Notes: a model not told the origin generated them from the letters alone. Counted from the first letter of the stretch, positions 9,709 to 17,516 are shown. The stretch: 32,000 nucleotides of DNA from Ktedonobacterales bacterium (GCA_030167145.1 CP126532.1:2070001-2102000), one strand, 5' to 3'. Numbers and translations: made by a program.

Positions 9709-10002
9709 CTATTCCTTGACGCTCACCTGATAGGTCTCGCGGGTGGGTGGGGCGGTGAAGAGTGGGGCGAACTTGGCGAGTTGCTGCTGGTAGAAACCCG
9801 ACGCTTCGTTCGCCTCGAGGTCTGCCACCGTTTCCCAGACGGTGATGGACATCCCTTTGCCTGTGGCAGGATCCACCAGCATGTAGGCGGCACGGAAGCC
9901 CTGCTGGGCCTTGGCCGCTGGAACGACGGAGTCGCGGTAGATGCTGGTTGTCTCTTCGACTTTGTCAGGATGCACCTGAACGGTGGTGACACGTGCGTAC
10001 AT
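9709..10002 (-). CDS. ABM (antibiotic biosynthesis monooxygenase)/Dabb-fold small protein
   Basis: The 98-aa form MYARVTTVQVHPDKVEE...ITVWETVADLEANEASGFYQQQ has the ferredoxin-like ABM pattern. SD GAGGGA sits upstream of the ATG at 10002. An in-frame upstream ATG at 10107 carries a near-identical SD module. Confidence 0.6.
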   Translation of the reverse strand: MYARVTTVQVHPDKVEETTSIYRDSVVPAAKAQQGFRAAYMLVDPATGKGMSITVWETVADLEANEASGFYQQQLAKFAPLFTAPPTRETYQVSVKE

Positions 10003-10308
10003 TGAATCCCTCGCTTTGTGGTATGTGCGGATGGAGAACGACGCCCTGGCGGCGCAAACACGCGAACCGGGGGCAACTACAGTGACGCTATGACCAGGTG
10101 GGTGCATTGAAATCCCTCACCTTGGTCACAGTATAGCACTCGTGTTGTGTGTATTGCTGATTGCGATGGGGTGGTGAGGAGCGGACGTCTTTGCGCGTAT
10201 GTTCATCAGATGGATGGCGACCAGTCGTTGGCGGTGTCCTCTTGACCGGTGGGGCGTGTGAGAAATATGAGACGAAGCGTGCCGGAAGCAGGTGGAGGGG
10301 GGCGAGCA

Positions 10309-10527
10309 ATGGCGGGGCAGCGAAGGAGGAACGCGCGAGGCGCGCTGGTGGTGGCGGTGATCTTCGTGGGTTTGGCGGTGGCGCTGTTCGTACTGCTGCC
10401 AGGGCCAATCAACCGTTCGCACACGACACAGATACCGACGCCGGGACAGGTGACGCTGCCGCCAACCGCGCCAGCGGCGGCTACGGCGGCAACGACGGCA
10501 ACGACGGCAACGACGGCGGGCAAGTAG
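10309..10527 (+). CDS. Small single-pass membrane protein with Thr/Ala repeat tail (hypothetical)
   Basis: ATG at 10309 behind GGAGGGGGG. The product has a basic N-terminus, one TM (ALVVAVIFVGLAVALFVLL) and a Pro/Thr/Ala tail. It ends 14 nt before the next gene. Alternative starts at 10249 (GTG) and 10267. Confidence 0.35.
   Translation: MAGQRRRNARGALVVAVIFVGLAVALFVLLPGPINRSHTTQIPTPGQVTLPPTAPAAATAATTATTATTAGK
10482..10517. repeat. 9-nt tandem repeat AACGACGGC (3 perfect copies plus 1 degenerate)
   Basis: Perfect copies at 10491-10499, 10500-10508 and 10509-10517, preceded by the degenerate copy tacggcggc. Encodes the (A/T)TAT repeats of the small ORF. Confidence 0.9.
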
Positions 10528-10541
10528 GGGAGGCGAAGACG

Positions 10542-11390
10542 ATGGAACGCATGAGACGTACCCCGCACACGCCACATATCTCCCGCCGTTCCACGCTGGG
10601 AGCGCTGCTGGCGGGGGCATTGTTGCTCAGCGCACTGGGGCTGCTGGCGGCGTGCGGGGGCTATGGCAGTTCGTCCTATATCAAACTGACGCCCCCGGCG
10701 GGCACGGCTACAAGCAATCCGGCGTATGCGTATCTCTATTCGCGGATTGATTATCCGTTGGAGTTGCCGGTAAATGGAAGCGACACAGTGACGCTGACGC
10801 TCTCGCCGCAGCAGAATCTGCTGGTGGCATCGCCAGGGGCGGGATCTGGTGTGGCGACGGTGGGAGAGCCGATTCCGCTGCCGACGCGCCTGAAGGACTA
10901 CAGCGACATCGGCGCAGCGGTGGATACGGAGTCGCTGGGGGATAGCCCCATCGTGTGGCAACTGGTGAGCGCGCCGCGTCAATCGCTGCTGACGCCCGCG
11001 GATGCGGGGACGGCGCGGCGCTATGTGGAGGCGGTGACATTCCACTGGCATGTGCGGGCGGTGGCGGAGGGGCAGAATCTGGTGCGGGTTGTGCTGCACG
11101 TCTACTTCATCTATCTGGATGGCAGCGAGCATGATGGCACGATTCAGGTGTCGGCGTCGCCAGTGCCGATGGTGGCGACGCAAGCGTCGTTTCTGAATAC
11201 GACACTGCCAGGGTTGCGGCTGCCGCTGGCGGTGGGCAGCGGGCTGGCGGGGCTGCTGGGGCTATTGCGGTTCCTGTGGGATGTGGCGCAGAACGCGAAG
11301 GAGGCGAAGGAGACGGCGGAGGGCGCGGCGAGGGCAGCGGCGGCGATCCACGCGCGGGTGAATCAGCGGCGGCAACAGCGGCCGGGATGA
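10542..11390 (+). CDS. Hypothetical secreted/anchored protein with Tat-like signal, lipobox and C-terminal TM
   Basis: ATG at 10542 behind GGGGAGG. The N-terminus has SRRSTLGALLAGALLLSALGLLAAC (twin-Arg plus L-A-A-C lipobox). The C-terminus has a hydrophobic helix then a Lys/Ala/Arg-rich tail. The track ORF start at 10161 is an upstream extension. Confidence 0.55.
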   Translation: MERMRRTPHTPHISRRSTLGALLAGALLLSALGLLAACGGYGSSSYIKLTPPAGTATSNPAYAYLYSRIDYPLELPVNGSDTVTLTLSPQQNLLVASPGAGSGVATVGEPIPLPTRLKDYSDIGAAVDTESLGDSPIVWQLVSAPRQSLLTPADAGTARRYVEAVTFHWHVRAVAEGQNLVRVVLHVYFIYLDGSEHDGTIQVSASPVPMVATQASFLNTTLPGLRLPLAVGSGLAGLLGLLRFLWDVAQNAKEAKETAEGAARAAAAIHARVNQRRQQRPG

Positions 11391-11395
11391 GGCGG

Positions 11396-11623
11396 TTATG
11401 CGCTGGCGGCAAAGACGCGCGGTGGTGGGAGCGGCTCACCGTACTGTTGCGCTTGCTCGATGAGTGTTTCGAGTACCGCTTGCCCTTTGCGCGCGGCTTC
11501 TTCGATAGTAGCGCCGTCGGTAACAGGTTGATATACGCGCTCTTGCCACTCTGGCAACAGCACGACATACGCCTGATCTTCTTCAGATCATTCGATGACG
11601 ATGGAGTAGTGACGCGTGTTCAT
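11396..11623 (-). pseudogene. hicB: HicB-like antitoxin ORF interrupted by an in-frame TGA (11588-11590) at the expected Trp codon
   Basis: Manual minus-strand translation gives MNTRHYSIVIE-TGA-SEEDQAYVVLLPEWQERVYQPVTDGATIEEAARKGQAVLETLIEQAQQYGEPLPPPRVFAASA-TAA. This matches the HicB-like antitoxin pattern (..IEWSEED..Y.V..PE....G.T.EEA......A.E..IE......G.P.P.P). The ORF is absent from the track because the stop splits it. Confidence 0.65.
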
Positions 11624-11659
11624 AGCTGTTGCCCCTGGTATCATGATTCCCCCACACTG

Positions 11660-11930
11660 CACAGAGTATTCTAACATATGCGCTCGCTAGATGCGACGGG
11701 TACAGTTGGGCGGATGAATGTGGCGCATGATCCGCCCACCATACCCTCCGCACATATTGTCGTCGTGGTATGCTGAGGCCAGCAATCCGGCGAGATGTTC
11801 CGCGCCGCGAAACGAGGTCTACCACTTTGACCCTCCCCCTGGGTAAACCCAGGGGATTCCTGCTTCAGCGAGCCGCGCCAACGCGGGCCGAAGCCTTTGC
11901 TGGTCTTACCGACTCTCCACAGGCTGCCAC
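11660..11930 (-). ncRNA. Candidate TnpB guide RNA (omega-RNA/reRNA) scaffold overlapping the tnpB 3' end and the right transposon end; boundaries approximate
   Basis: In characterised IS200/IS605 TnpB loci the guide RNA starts inside the 3' end of tnpB and runs through the right end. Here the 241-nt non-coding flank plus the tnpB 3' end carry strong hairpins at 11873-11886, 11836-11855 (9-bp arms CCCCTGGGT/ACCCAGGGG) and 11707-11738 (9-bp stem). Confidence 0.4.
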
Positions 11931-13028
11931 CGCTAGCCCAGCGGCCAAAATATTCTGTGCGGCGTTCACGTCGCGGTCATGGACACGCCTACAGTCCGGG
12001 CAGGTCCACTGACGAGTATCCAGCGTCAAGGAGTCTAGCACATGGCCACAGCCAGAGCATTGCTTGGAACTGGGATACCACTGGTCTATGCGGACCAGGG
12101 TACGCCCATACCATGCGGCTTTGTACGCCAACTGCCGCACCAACTCCCCCCAGCCGACATCGCTGATGGCTTTGGCCAGCGTGGGATGCTGCGCCATCTG
12201 CTTCACGCGCAAGCTCTCGACGCATATCGTTTGGTTCTCACGGATGATGCGTGTCGAAAGCTTATGCAGGAAGTCGCAGCGACGGTCGGCGATGCGGGCA
12301 TGGATGCGCGCCACCTTCAAGCGCGCTTTCTCGCGGTTCTTCGAGCCGCGTTGTTTCTTGGCATGACGACGTTGGGCTTTCACCAGTCGTTTCTCATCCT
12401 GGGTGAAGAAGCGGGGATTACCCACCTTCTCACCACTGCTGAGCACTACGACGTCATGCACCCCCAGGTCCAGGCCCACCTGCCCCGTAGTGGCGGGCAG
12501 TGGGGTAATGTCGTCTTCCAGCAGAATGCTCACGAAGTAGCGCCCGGCGGTATCACGGCTGACCGTGACCGTAGTGGGGGTCGCGCCATCTGGCAAGGGG
12601 CGCGACCAGTGGATATGCAGTGGGGTGTCCATCTTGGCCAGCGTCAGGGTGCGCGTACACGCATCCCAGCGGAAAGCGGAGGTGGTGTATTCCGCCGCCT
12701 GCGAGCCATGCTTTTTGTGGAAGGCTGGATACGTGGCGCGGCCTTCAAAGAAGTTGCGAAACGCCCTATCCAGGTGCCGCAATGCTTGTTGCGTGGGCAC
12801 GCTAGACGCCTCGTTCAGCCACACGGTTTCCGGCTGTTGTTTCAATACGGTCAGCGCCGCCGAAGTGTCGGCATAGCTGACGCGCTCGTGGCGCTGAGAG
12901 TAGGCGTCGGTCCGAAGACGCAACCCCCAATTGTAGACGAAACGCGCGCAGCCAAACGTCCGCGCCAGCACAGCGGCTTGCGTAGGTGTTGGGTAGTAGC
13001 GATAGCGATAGGCGCGTTTCTGTCTCAC
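11865..13028 (-). CDS. tnpB: TnpB (IS200/IS605-family OrfB, RNA-guided RuvC nuclease), apparently intact, 387 aa
   Basis: N-terminus RAYRYRYYPTPTQAAVLARTFGCARFVYNWGL. RuvC-I VGLDLGV (D187), RuvC-II ICVESL (E271), zinc finger CSGCG...CPDC, RuvC-III HDRDVNAAQNI. GTG start at 13028. The track ORF extends spuriously to 13277. Confidence 0.9.
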   Translation of the reverse strand: MRQKRAYRYRYYPTPTQAAVLARTFGCARFVYNWGLRLRTDAYSQRHERVSYADTSAALTVLKQQPETVWLNEASSVPTQQALRHLDRAFRNFFEGRATYPAFHKKHGSQAAEYTTSAFRWDACTRTLTLAKMDTPLHIHWSRPLPDGATPTTVTVSRDTAGRYFVSILLEDDITPLPATTGQVGLDLGVHDVVVLSSGEKVGNPRFFTQDEKRLVKAQRRHAKKQRGSKNREKARLKVARIHARIADRRCDFLHKLSTRIIRENQTICVESLRVKQMAQHPTLAKAISDVGWGELVRQLAYKAAWYGRTLVRIDQWYPSSKQCSGCGHVLDSLTLDTRQWTCPDCRRVHDRDVNAAQNILAAGLAVAACGESVRPAKASARVGAAR

Positions 13029-13195
13029 AGTTTCACATTCTGTTTCAGTGCGTGTAAAGCGGCAACACAGTAGTACGAAAGGAGAGCGGCGCTTCTTCCC
13101 CAGCTCTGAAGGGCGGGGTATCCGCGCCGCGTTATTTGATGAAGCGCAATATGCTTGCCCCCTGGGCTGAGCCAGTGCCGGACGCGGAGCAGCCG

Positions 13196-13744
13196 ATGAC
13201 GGCGGCGGCGCTGCTGGCGCGGCCCGACGATGCCTGGCGCTATGAGTTGGTGGAGGGGAGATTGGTGCGTATGCCACCCGCTGGTCCCTGGCATGGAGAT
13301 ATTGCGTCTGAACTCAATGCCGCGCTACGACCCTTCGTAAAGGCCCGTCAACTTGGGCGGGTCTATGCCGCCGAATCTGGCTTCGTAGTGAGCCAGCCGG
13401 GCGAGCCAGATACAGTGTTGGCGCCAGATGTGGCGTTTGTGCGTACAGAACGGATTCCTGCCAAAGATAGCCCGGAGCATAGCGGATTCTGGCGGTTGGT
13501 TCCTGATCTGGTGGCGGAGGTGGCATCGCCGAGCCAGTATCACCCAGAGTTGGCGGAGAAGGCACGCGCCTGGCTAGAAGCGGGTGCGCGTCTGGTGTGG
13601 GTCGTCTGGCCGGAGTCTGAGCAGGTGGATGTGTGGCTGCCAGGGCAGGATGAGCCGGTGGAGACATTGCGCGCGGGCGACAACCTCGACGGGCGCGACG
13701 TGGCGCCGGGCTTCACCTATCCGGTTGCAAACCTCTTCGAGTGA
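13196..13744 (+). CDS. Uma2 family (DUF820) putative endonuclease
   Basis: RYELVEGRLVRMPPAG..HG.I...L......LG.V........PDVAFV...PDLVAEVASPS....K...W...G...VWVVWP is the Uma2 pattern. ATG at 13196 behind GGAG. Alternative starts at 13136 (TTG) and 13139 (ATG). Confidence 0.8.
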   Translation: MTAAALLARPDDAWRYELVEGRLVRMPPAGPWHGDIASELNAALRPFVKARQLGRVYAAESGFVVSQPGEPDTVLAPDVAFVRTERIPAKDSPEHSGFWRLVPDLVAEVASPSQYHPELAEKARAWLEAGARLVWVVWPESEQVDVWLPGQDEPVETLRAGDNLDGRDVAPGFTYPVANLFE

Positions 13745-13754
13745 TGTGCTTGTC

Positions 13755-15350
13755 TCAGCGCTTCACGCCCTTGATGTTGCGGACGGTGACGGTGCCGAGG
13801 ACGCAGAAGACGACGAACCAGACGAAGAGCAGCGTGTAGCCGAACTGCTTGCTGCCGAGGGCGATGCCCAGAGAGAGCACCCAGCCGCCAAAGATGGCTG
13901 CGAAGACCTGGGGTAGTGTAAGGCCGATATTCCAAACGCCCATGTCGCGGGCGAAGGTGGTTTCGGAGGGCAACACATCGGCGACGAGCGCCCAGTCTAC
14001 GCTGACGTACGCGCCGTAGCCCAGGCCGAAGACCGCCGCGGAGCCGAAGGCGAGCGTGAGCACCTGCCCCGGCACGAGATACGGCGCAAGGACGAATGCC
14101 GCGCCGACCACGGCCATGAACGCGCCGGAGACGTAGACCATGCGCTTGCGCCCGATACGGTCGGACCCCCAGCCAGCAAAAAGCGTGCTTACGGTTGCTG
14201 TGAGGGTGAGAATGATGATGAAGGTGGTAGTCGCGCCTTCGGGCGAGGGGGCGTGGGCCACATCACCCATGTAGAGCAAGAGGAAGGTCTGCACCATGTA
14301 GACGCCCTGCATAACGAGCATACGGGTGAGGACGACCCAGCTAAAATCTGGGTTGCGGCGGGGACTGAAACCGAAGGCGTAGGCTGCACCGATGCCCGCG
14401 AGAATGACGGCGATGAGTTGCAGGATGCTGATGGAGTCGGAATCGGCGGTGAGGCTGGTGAAGCGGAAGAGCACGAGCGCCGCGCCGGTGAAGAGCAGCA
14501 CCGCCAGCACGGTTAATACGAGTGCGCGCCAGGTGCGCTGGTCGGCGGCACGGTGCGCGGCTGAGATGGTGTCGCCATGCCAGGGTGGCTCGTGAACCGT
14601 AAGTGCGGTGAGAACGGCCATGAGGGAGATCACCACAGCAATAGCGCCGTAGGTCAGGGTGATGCCATGGGCGAAGGTGGCGAAGGGCTGAGAGCCGTCG
14701 AGGAGTGAGGCAGAGTTGAAAGCGAAGAAGATGGGGACGAGCGCGCCGCCGATCTGGCCGAGGAAGAGCGCCAGCCCCATAATGCCCGATGCCTTGCCGC
14801 GCTGCTCTTGCGGCACGAGATCGGGCAGCAGCGCATGGAAGGGCGCGGCGGCGGCGTTGTTGGCGAGCTGGGTGAGCATCAATCCGGCCATCAGCATTAG
14901 CAGGCTTGGCGCGAGCGGATTGCCGTTACCTGGTTCGGCGACCAGCGCGGGGCCGAGCGCCATCACCGCCAGTCCGACGACGTTGAGCGCGGTTCCGCCG
15001 AGAATGTAGGGACGACGCCGGCCGAAGCGCCCCGGTGTGCGGTCGCTGAGCAGGCCGAAGAGTGGGTTGGCGATGAGGGCAACGATCAGCCCAGGGGCTT
15101 CTACCAGTGCCACTACCAATGGCCGGTTCATCAATACCCAATCGCTTCGTGCCGCGATAGTCGCGCCAGGGGCGGCCTGGAAGAGGAGTCCGGTGACCTG
15201 GCTGGGGATGAGAATCAAGAGGATCGCCGCCCAGTGGAAGTTGATGGCGAACCAGAAGATGCTGATGGAGATGAGTTCGCCGAGCGAGCGATGCCGTTGC
15301 GTCGCTGCCACACCTGCCGTGCTTTGCGTGATCGCCGCGTCGAGTGCCAT
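13755..15350 (-). CDS. MFS transporter (substrate unknown)
   Basis: 531-aa protein with about 12-14 TM helices and MFS-like loop motifs (LSDRTPGRFGRRRPY). Strong SD GGGAGGGGAG upstream of the ATG at 15350. Confidence 0.8.
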   Translation of the reverse strand: MALDAAITQSTAGVAATQRHRSLGELISISIFWFAINFHWAAILLILIPSQVTGLLFQAAPGATIAARSDWVLMNRPLVVALVEAPGLIVALIANPLFGLLSDRTPGRFGRRRPYILGGTALNVVGLAVMALGPALVAEPGNGNPLAPSLLMLMAGLMLTQLANNAAAAPFHALLPDLVPQEQRGKASGIMGLALFLGQIGGALVPIFFAFNSASLLDGSQPFATFAHGITLTYGAIAVVISLMAVLTALTVHEPPWHGDTISAAHRAADQRTWRALVLTVLAVLLFTGAALVLFRFTSLTADSDSISILQLIAVILAGIGAAYAFGFSPRRNPDFSWVVLTRMLVMQGVYMVQTFLLLYMGDVAHAPSPEGATTTFIIILTLTATVSTLFAGWGSDRIGRKRMVYVSGAFMAVVGAAFVLAPYLVPGQVLTLAFGSAAVFGLGYGAYVSVDWALVADVLPSETTFARDMGVWNIGLTLPQVFAAIFGGWVLSLGIALGSKQFGYTLLFVWFVVFCVLGTVTVRNIKGVKR

Positions 15351-15416
15351 ACTGCTCCCCTCCCGCGCTGCCGCTACCGAAGTTGAGGGCAGTATAGCAG
15401 AGGATGGGGTGCGCGA

Positions 15417-17429
15417 CTACCAGCGCAAGCGCCGTCCACCACGTCCGCCACCGCGCGGATCGTCGTCGTCATCCTGGCCACCGGTCTCCTGTTGGTAGCT
15501 GGTGTCGTAGCCCGTTTGGTAGCCGGTTTGATATCCTGTCTGATAGCCGGTATCATCGTAGCGGCCCTCATAGCCGGTCTGGTATCCGGTTTGATAGCCG
15601 GTGTCGGTGCTGCCGGTTTGGGCGTAGCGTTCGTCGGTGTAGCCATACTCGGCGCTCGCCCCCCAATCGTCCTCGGCGGCGGGATAGCGGTCGCTGTCTT
15701 CATAGTCGTCTACGGGTGGCAGATCGTCGAGCAGACGTTTGCGTCCAGTGGTCTTGGCGGCGGGGCGCTGCTTGCCCGCGAGGATCAGCGCGACGGCACA
15801 GGCGATGCCGCCGAGCGCTAGCCCCCCGCCCATGAGATAGAGAAGCTGGTCTATTGGCCACCCTGGGAACCTGGTGACGAAGGCGGGCGCGTTGGGGTCG
15901 CTGGCGGTGGCGTCAAAGAAGAGGACGAAGGCGGCGGCGCCAACCGCGCCACAGAGCGCGGTGAGCCAGTTTTCGGCTGCCGCGATAGCGCGGCGCTCTG
16001 GACCACTGAAGCCAGTGGTGAGCACCGCGCGCGCGCCCAGCACCGCCAGCGCGTTGGCCGCGCCAAGCACGAATGCCACGATGAGCGGCAGCGGCATTTG
16101 TGGCAGGCTGGCGAGCGCCACCAGCGCAACGCCTGAGATGATGACGCCACCGAGCAGCTTTGCCGCCCAGCGCTTCGCGCCGCTGTCGCTGCCATTGAAC
16201 AGCACGCCGACCACCGCGCCAGCGCCTTCGGCTGCGAGCAGCGGCCCCAGGTAGAACGCAGGCAGGCCCATCTCGTTGGTGAGGTAGAAGACTTCGAGGA
16301 CGGCAAGGCCACCGCCGATCAGGGCGAGCGCGCCCAGAGCGGCGAAAGCCACCGCGCCGCGCATGCTCATCCCGGCGAGGCCCATGCCCGCACGGATGTC
16401 AGCCAGGGCCTGGATGGCGTTGTGCGGTCCGGCCTGATACCACTCTGGAAGGCCCATCTCGCGACGCTGCTGCGCGGCCTCTACGTCATCGTAGTCGTCA
16501 TCGTAGAAATCGGCGGGCGTGTCGCCTTCTTCGCCGACGCTCTCTGGCGTGGCGAGCAGGAACGCGCGGCGTTCTTCGGGCAGGGCATCGAGGAAGCCGT
16601 CGGAGTTGGCGCTGATGAGGAAGAAGGCGGCGGCGGCGATGCTGATGAGCAGGATGCGCTCGCCCACCAGGATCAGGAAGAGTGTGGCGAGTAGGGGGCC
16701 GATCACGGCGGCGATGGATGAGCCGGTGTGGATGTCGTTGGCGACGTGTTCTGGCTCGCCAGGGGCCAGGCAGGTGCGGACGGCGGCGGCGTAGAGCGCG
16801 TCGCGCAGGCGTCCGCAGAAGGAGATGAGGAAGAGCAGGGCATAGATCACCGGTACAATCGTATGGAAGTGCATCGCGATCAGGCCGAGAGCGAGCAAGA
16901 TGCGCAGCCGTCCGATCCAGGTGAGGGCAATGCGTGGCTCCTGGACGTATTCGAGGCGGGCGGCGAGGGGGCGGACGAGCACAAGCGGTAGCGCCATGGC
17001 CAAGACGGCGAGCGCAACGGCGAGCGGAGATTGCAGGAAGCCTGCAATCCACATGACGATACCGACGCTGAGTATGGCTTCGCCGAGGAGCGAGGCGATC
17101 TGTCCGCGCCAGAGGTGACCGGGGTTGCCATCATGGAAGATGGCAATGCCGAGGTGGCGGTGATGATCGAGCGGAACGTCAGCGGCGATGGGGAGGCGTC
17201 CGGCAGTGGGGAGGCGTCCGGCGGTCGCGCCAGGGTACTGGACAGGCATGCGCGCCGAAGACGCATCCATGCCGTAGGGCCGGTAGGCACTGCCGTGGGA
17301 CGTGCCGTATGTACGGTCTGGGTCGGCGTAGGCAGGGGCAGCGGGTGGACGCTCGCCCCGGAAGCCCGATGCGCCGGGATTGCCGCCCCGCGCGCCACGG
17401 CCCACCCGCGGCGGAGTTCCGTCTCGCAT
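15417..17429 (-). CDS. MFS-like polytopic membrane protein with low-complexity Arg/Gly N-terminal and Tyr/Gln/Gly/Thr-repeat, acidic C-terminal extensions
   Basis: 670 aa. SD GAAGGGGG sits 7 nt upstream of the ATG at 17429. The central ~450 aa form two bundles of TM helices separated by an acidic loop. The C-terminus has GYQTGYQTGYEGRYDDTGYQTGYQTGYQTGYDTSYQQ followed by DDDDD and RGGGRGGRR. Confidence 0.65.
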   Translation of the reverse strand: MRDGTPPRVGRGARGGNPGASGFRGERPPAAPAYADPDRTYGTSHGSAYRPYGMDASSARMPVQYPGATAGRLPTAGRLPIAADVPLDHHRHLGIAIFHDGNPGHLWRGQIASLLGEAILSVGIVMWIAGFLQSPLAVALAVLAMALPLVLVRPLAARLEYVQEPRIALTWIGRLRILLALGLIAMHFHTIVPVIYALLFLISFCGRLRDALYAAAVRTCLAPGEPEHVANDIHTGSSIAAVIGPLLATLFLILVGERILLISIAAAAFFLISANSDGFLDALPEERRAFLLATPESVGEEGDTPADFYDDDYDDVEAAQQRREMGLPEWYQAGPHNAIQALADIRAGMGLAGMSMRGAVAFAALGALALIGGGLAVLEVFYLTNEMGLPAFYLGPLLAAEGAGAVVGVLFNGSDSGAKRWAAKLLGGVIISGVALVALASLPQMPLPLIVAFVLGAANALAVLGARAVLTTGFSGPERRAIAAAENWLTALCGAVGAAAFVLFFDATASDPNAPAFVTRFPGWPIDQLLYLMGGGLALGGIACAVALILAGKQRPAAKTTGRKRLLDDLPPVDDYEDSDRYPAAEDDWGASAEYGYTDERYAQTGSTDTGYQTGYQTGYEGRYDDTGYQTGYQTGYQTGYDTSYQQETGGQDDDDDPRGGGRGGRRLRW
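15489..15608. repeat. 12-nt periodic coding repeat (GYQT units) in the 3' end of the MFS-like gene
   Basis: Plus strand shows reiterated ccggtttgatag/ccggtctggtat units. Minus-strand translation is (T)GYQ repeated about 7 times. Confidence 0.75.
17190..17225. repeat. 18-nt tandem duplication (1 mismatch) encoding TAGRLP x2 in the N-terminal extension of the MFS-like gene
   Basis: GGGGAGGCGTCCGGCAGT at 17190-17207 and GGGGAGGCGTCCGGCGGT at 17208-17225. Confidence 0.9.
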
Positions 17430-17516
17430 GCTGTCGCCCCCTTCATCCTACGCGCCGGTAATACCTGTTGTGCGTGCACCGCCGCGCCAGCACAAGTGAA
17501 GACGCGAACCGCAGCC

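Larger units (their letters stand above)
11660..13135 (-). mobile_element. TnpA-less IS200/IS605 (IS1341-like) element carrying only tnpB; ends approximate
   Basis: tnpB is flanked by non-coding segments with inverted repeats (left end 13086-13092/13124-13130, right end hairpins listed above). No Y1 transposase gene is adjacent. The element is wedged between hicB and the Uma2 gene. Confidence 0.5.

Noticed and set aside
11107-11825. Track ORFs 11107-11568(-), 11276-11674(+), 11583-11825(-) and 11770-12012(+) around the hicB/omega-RNA region.
   Set aside because: These are low-complexity or nonsensical translations. They overlap the better-supported HicB-like frame, the lipoprotein gene 3' end or the tnpB 3' flank, in the wrong frames.
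11624-11864. Search for a hicA toxin or a remnant upstream of hicB.
   Set aside because: No frame on either strand shows a HicA-like sequence (dsRBD-like, ..GSH....H......). The segment is better explained as the TnpB right end.
13029-13277. 83-codon N-terminal extension of the TnpB ORF (track start 13277).
   Set aside because: The extension is Pro/Ala/Arg-rich and overlaps the Uma2 gene start. TnpB homology begins at the RAYRYRYYPT block right after the GTG at 13028.
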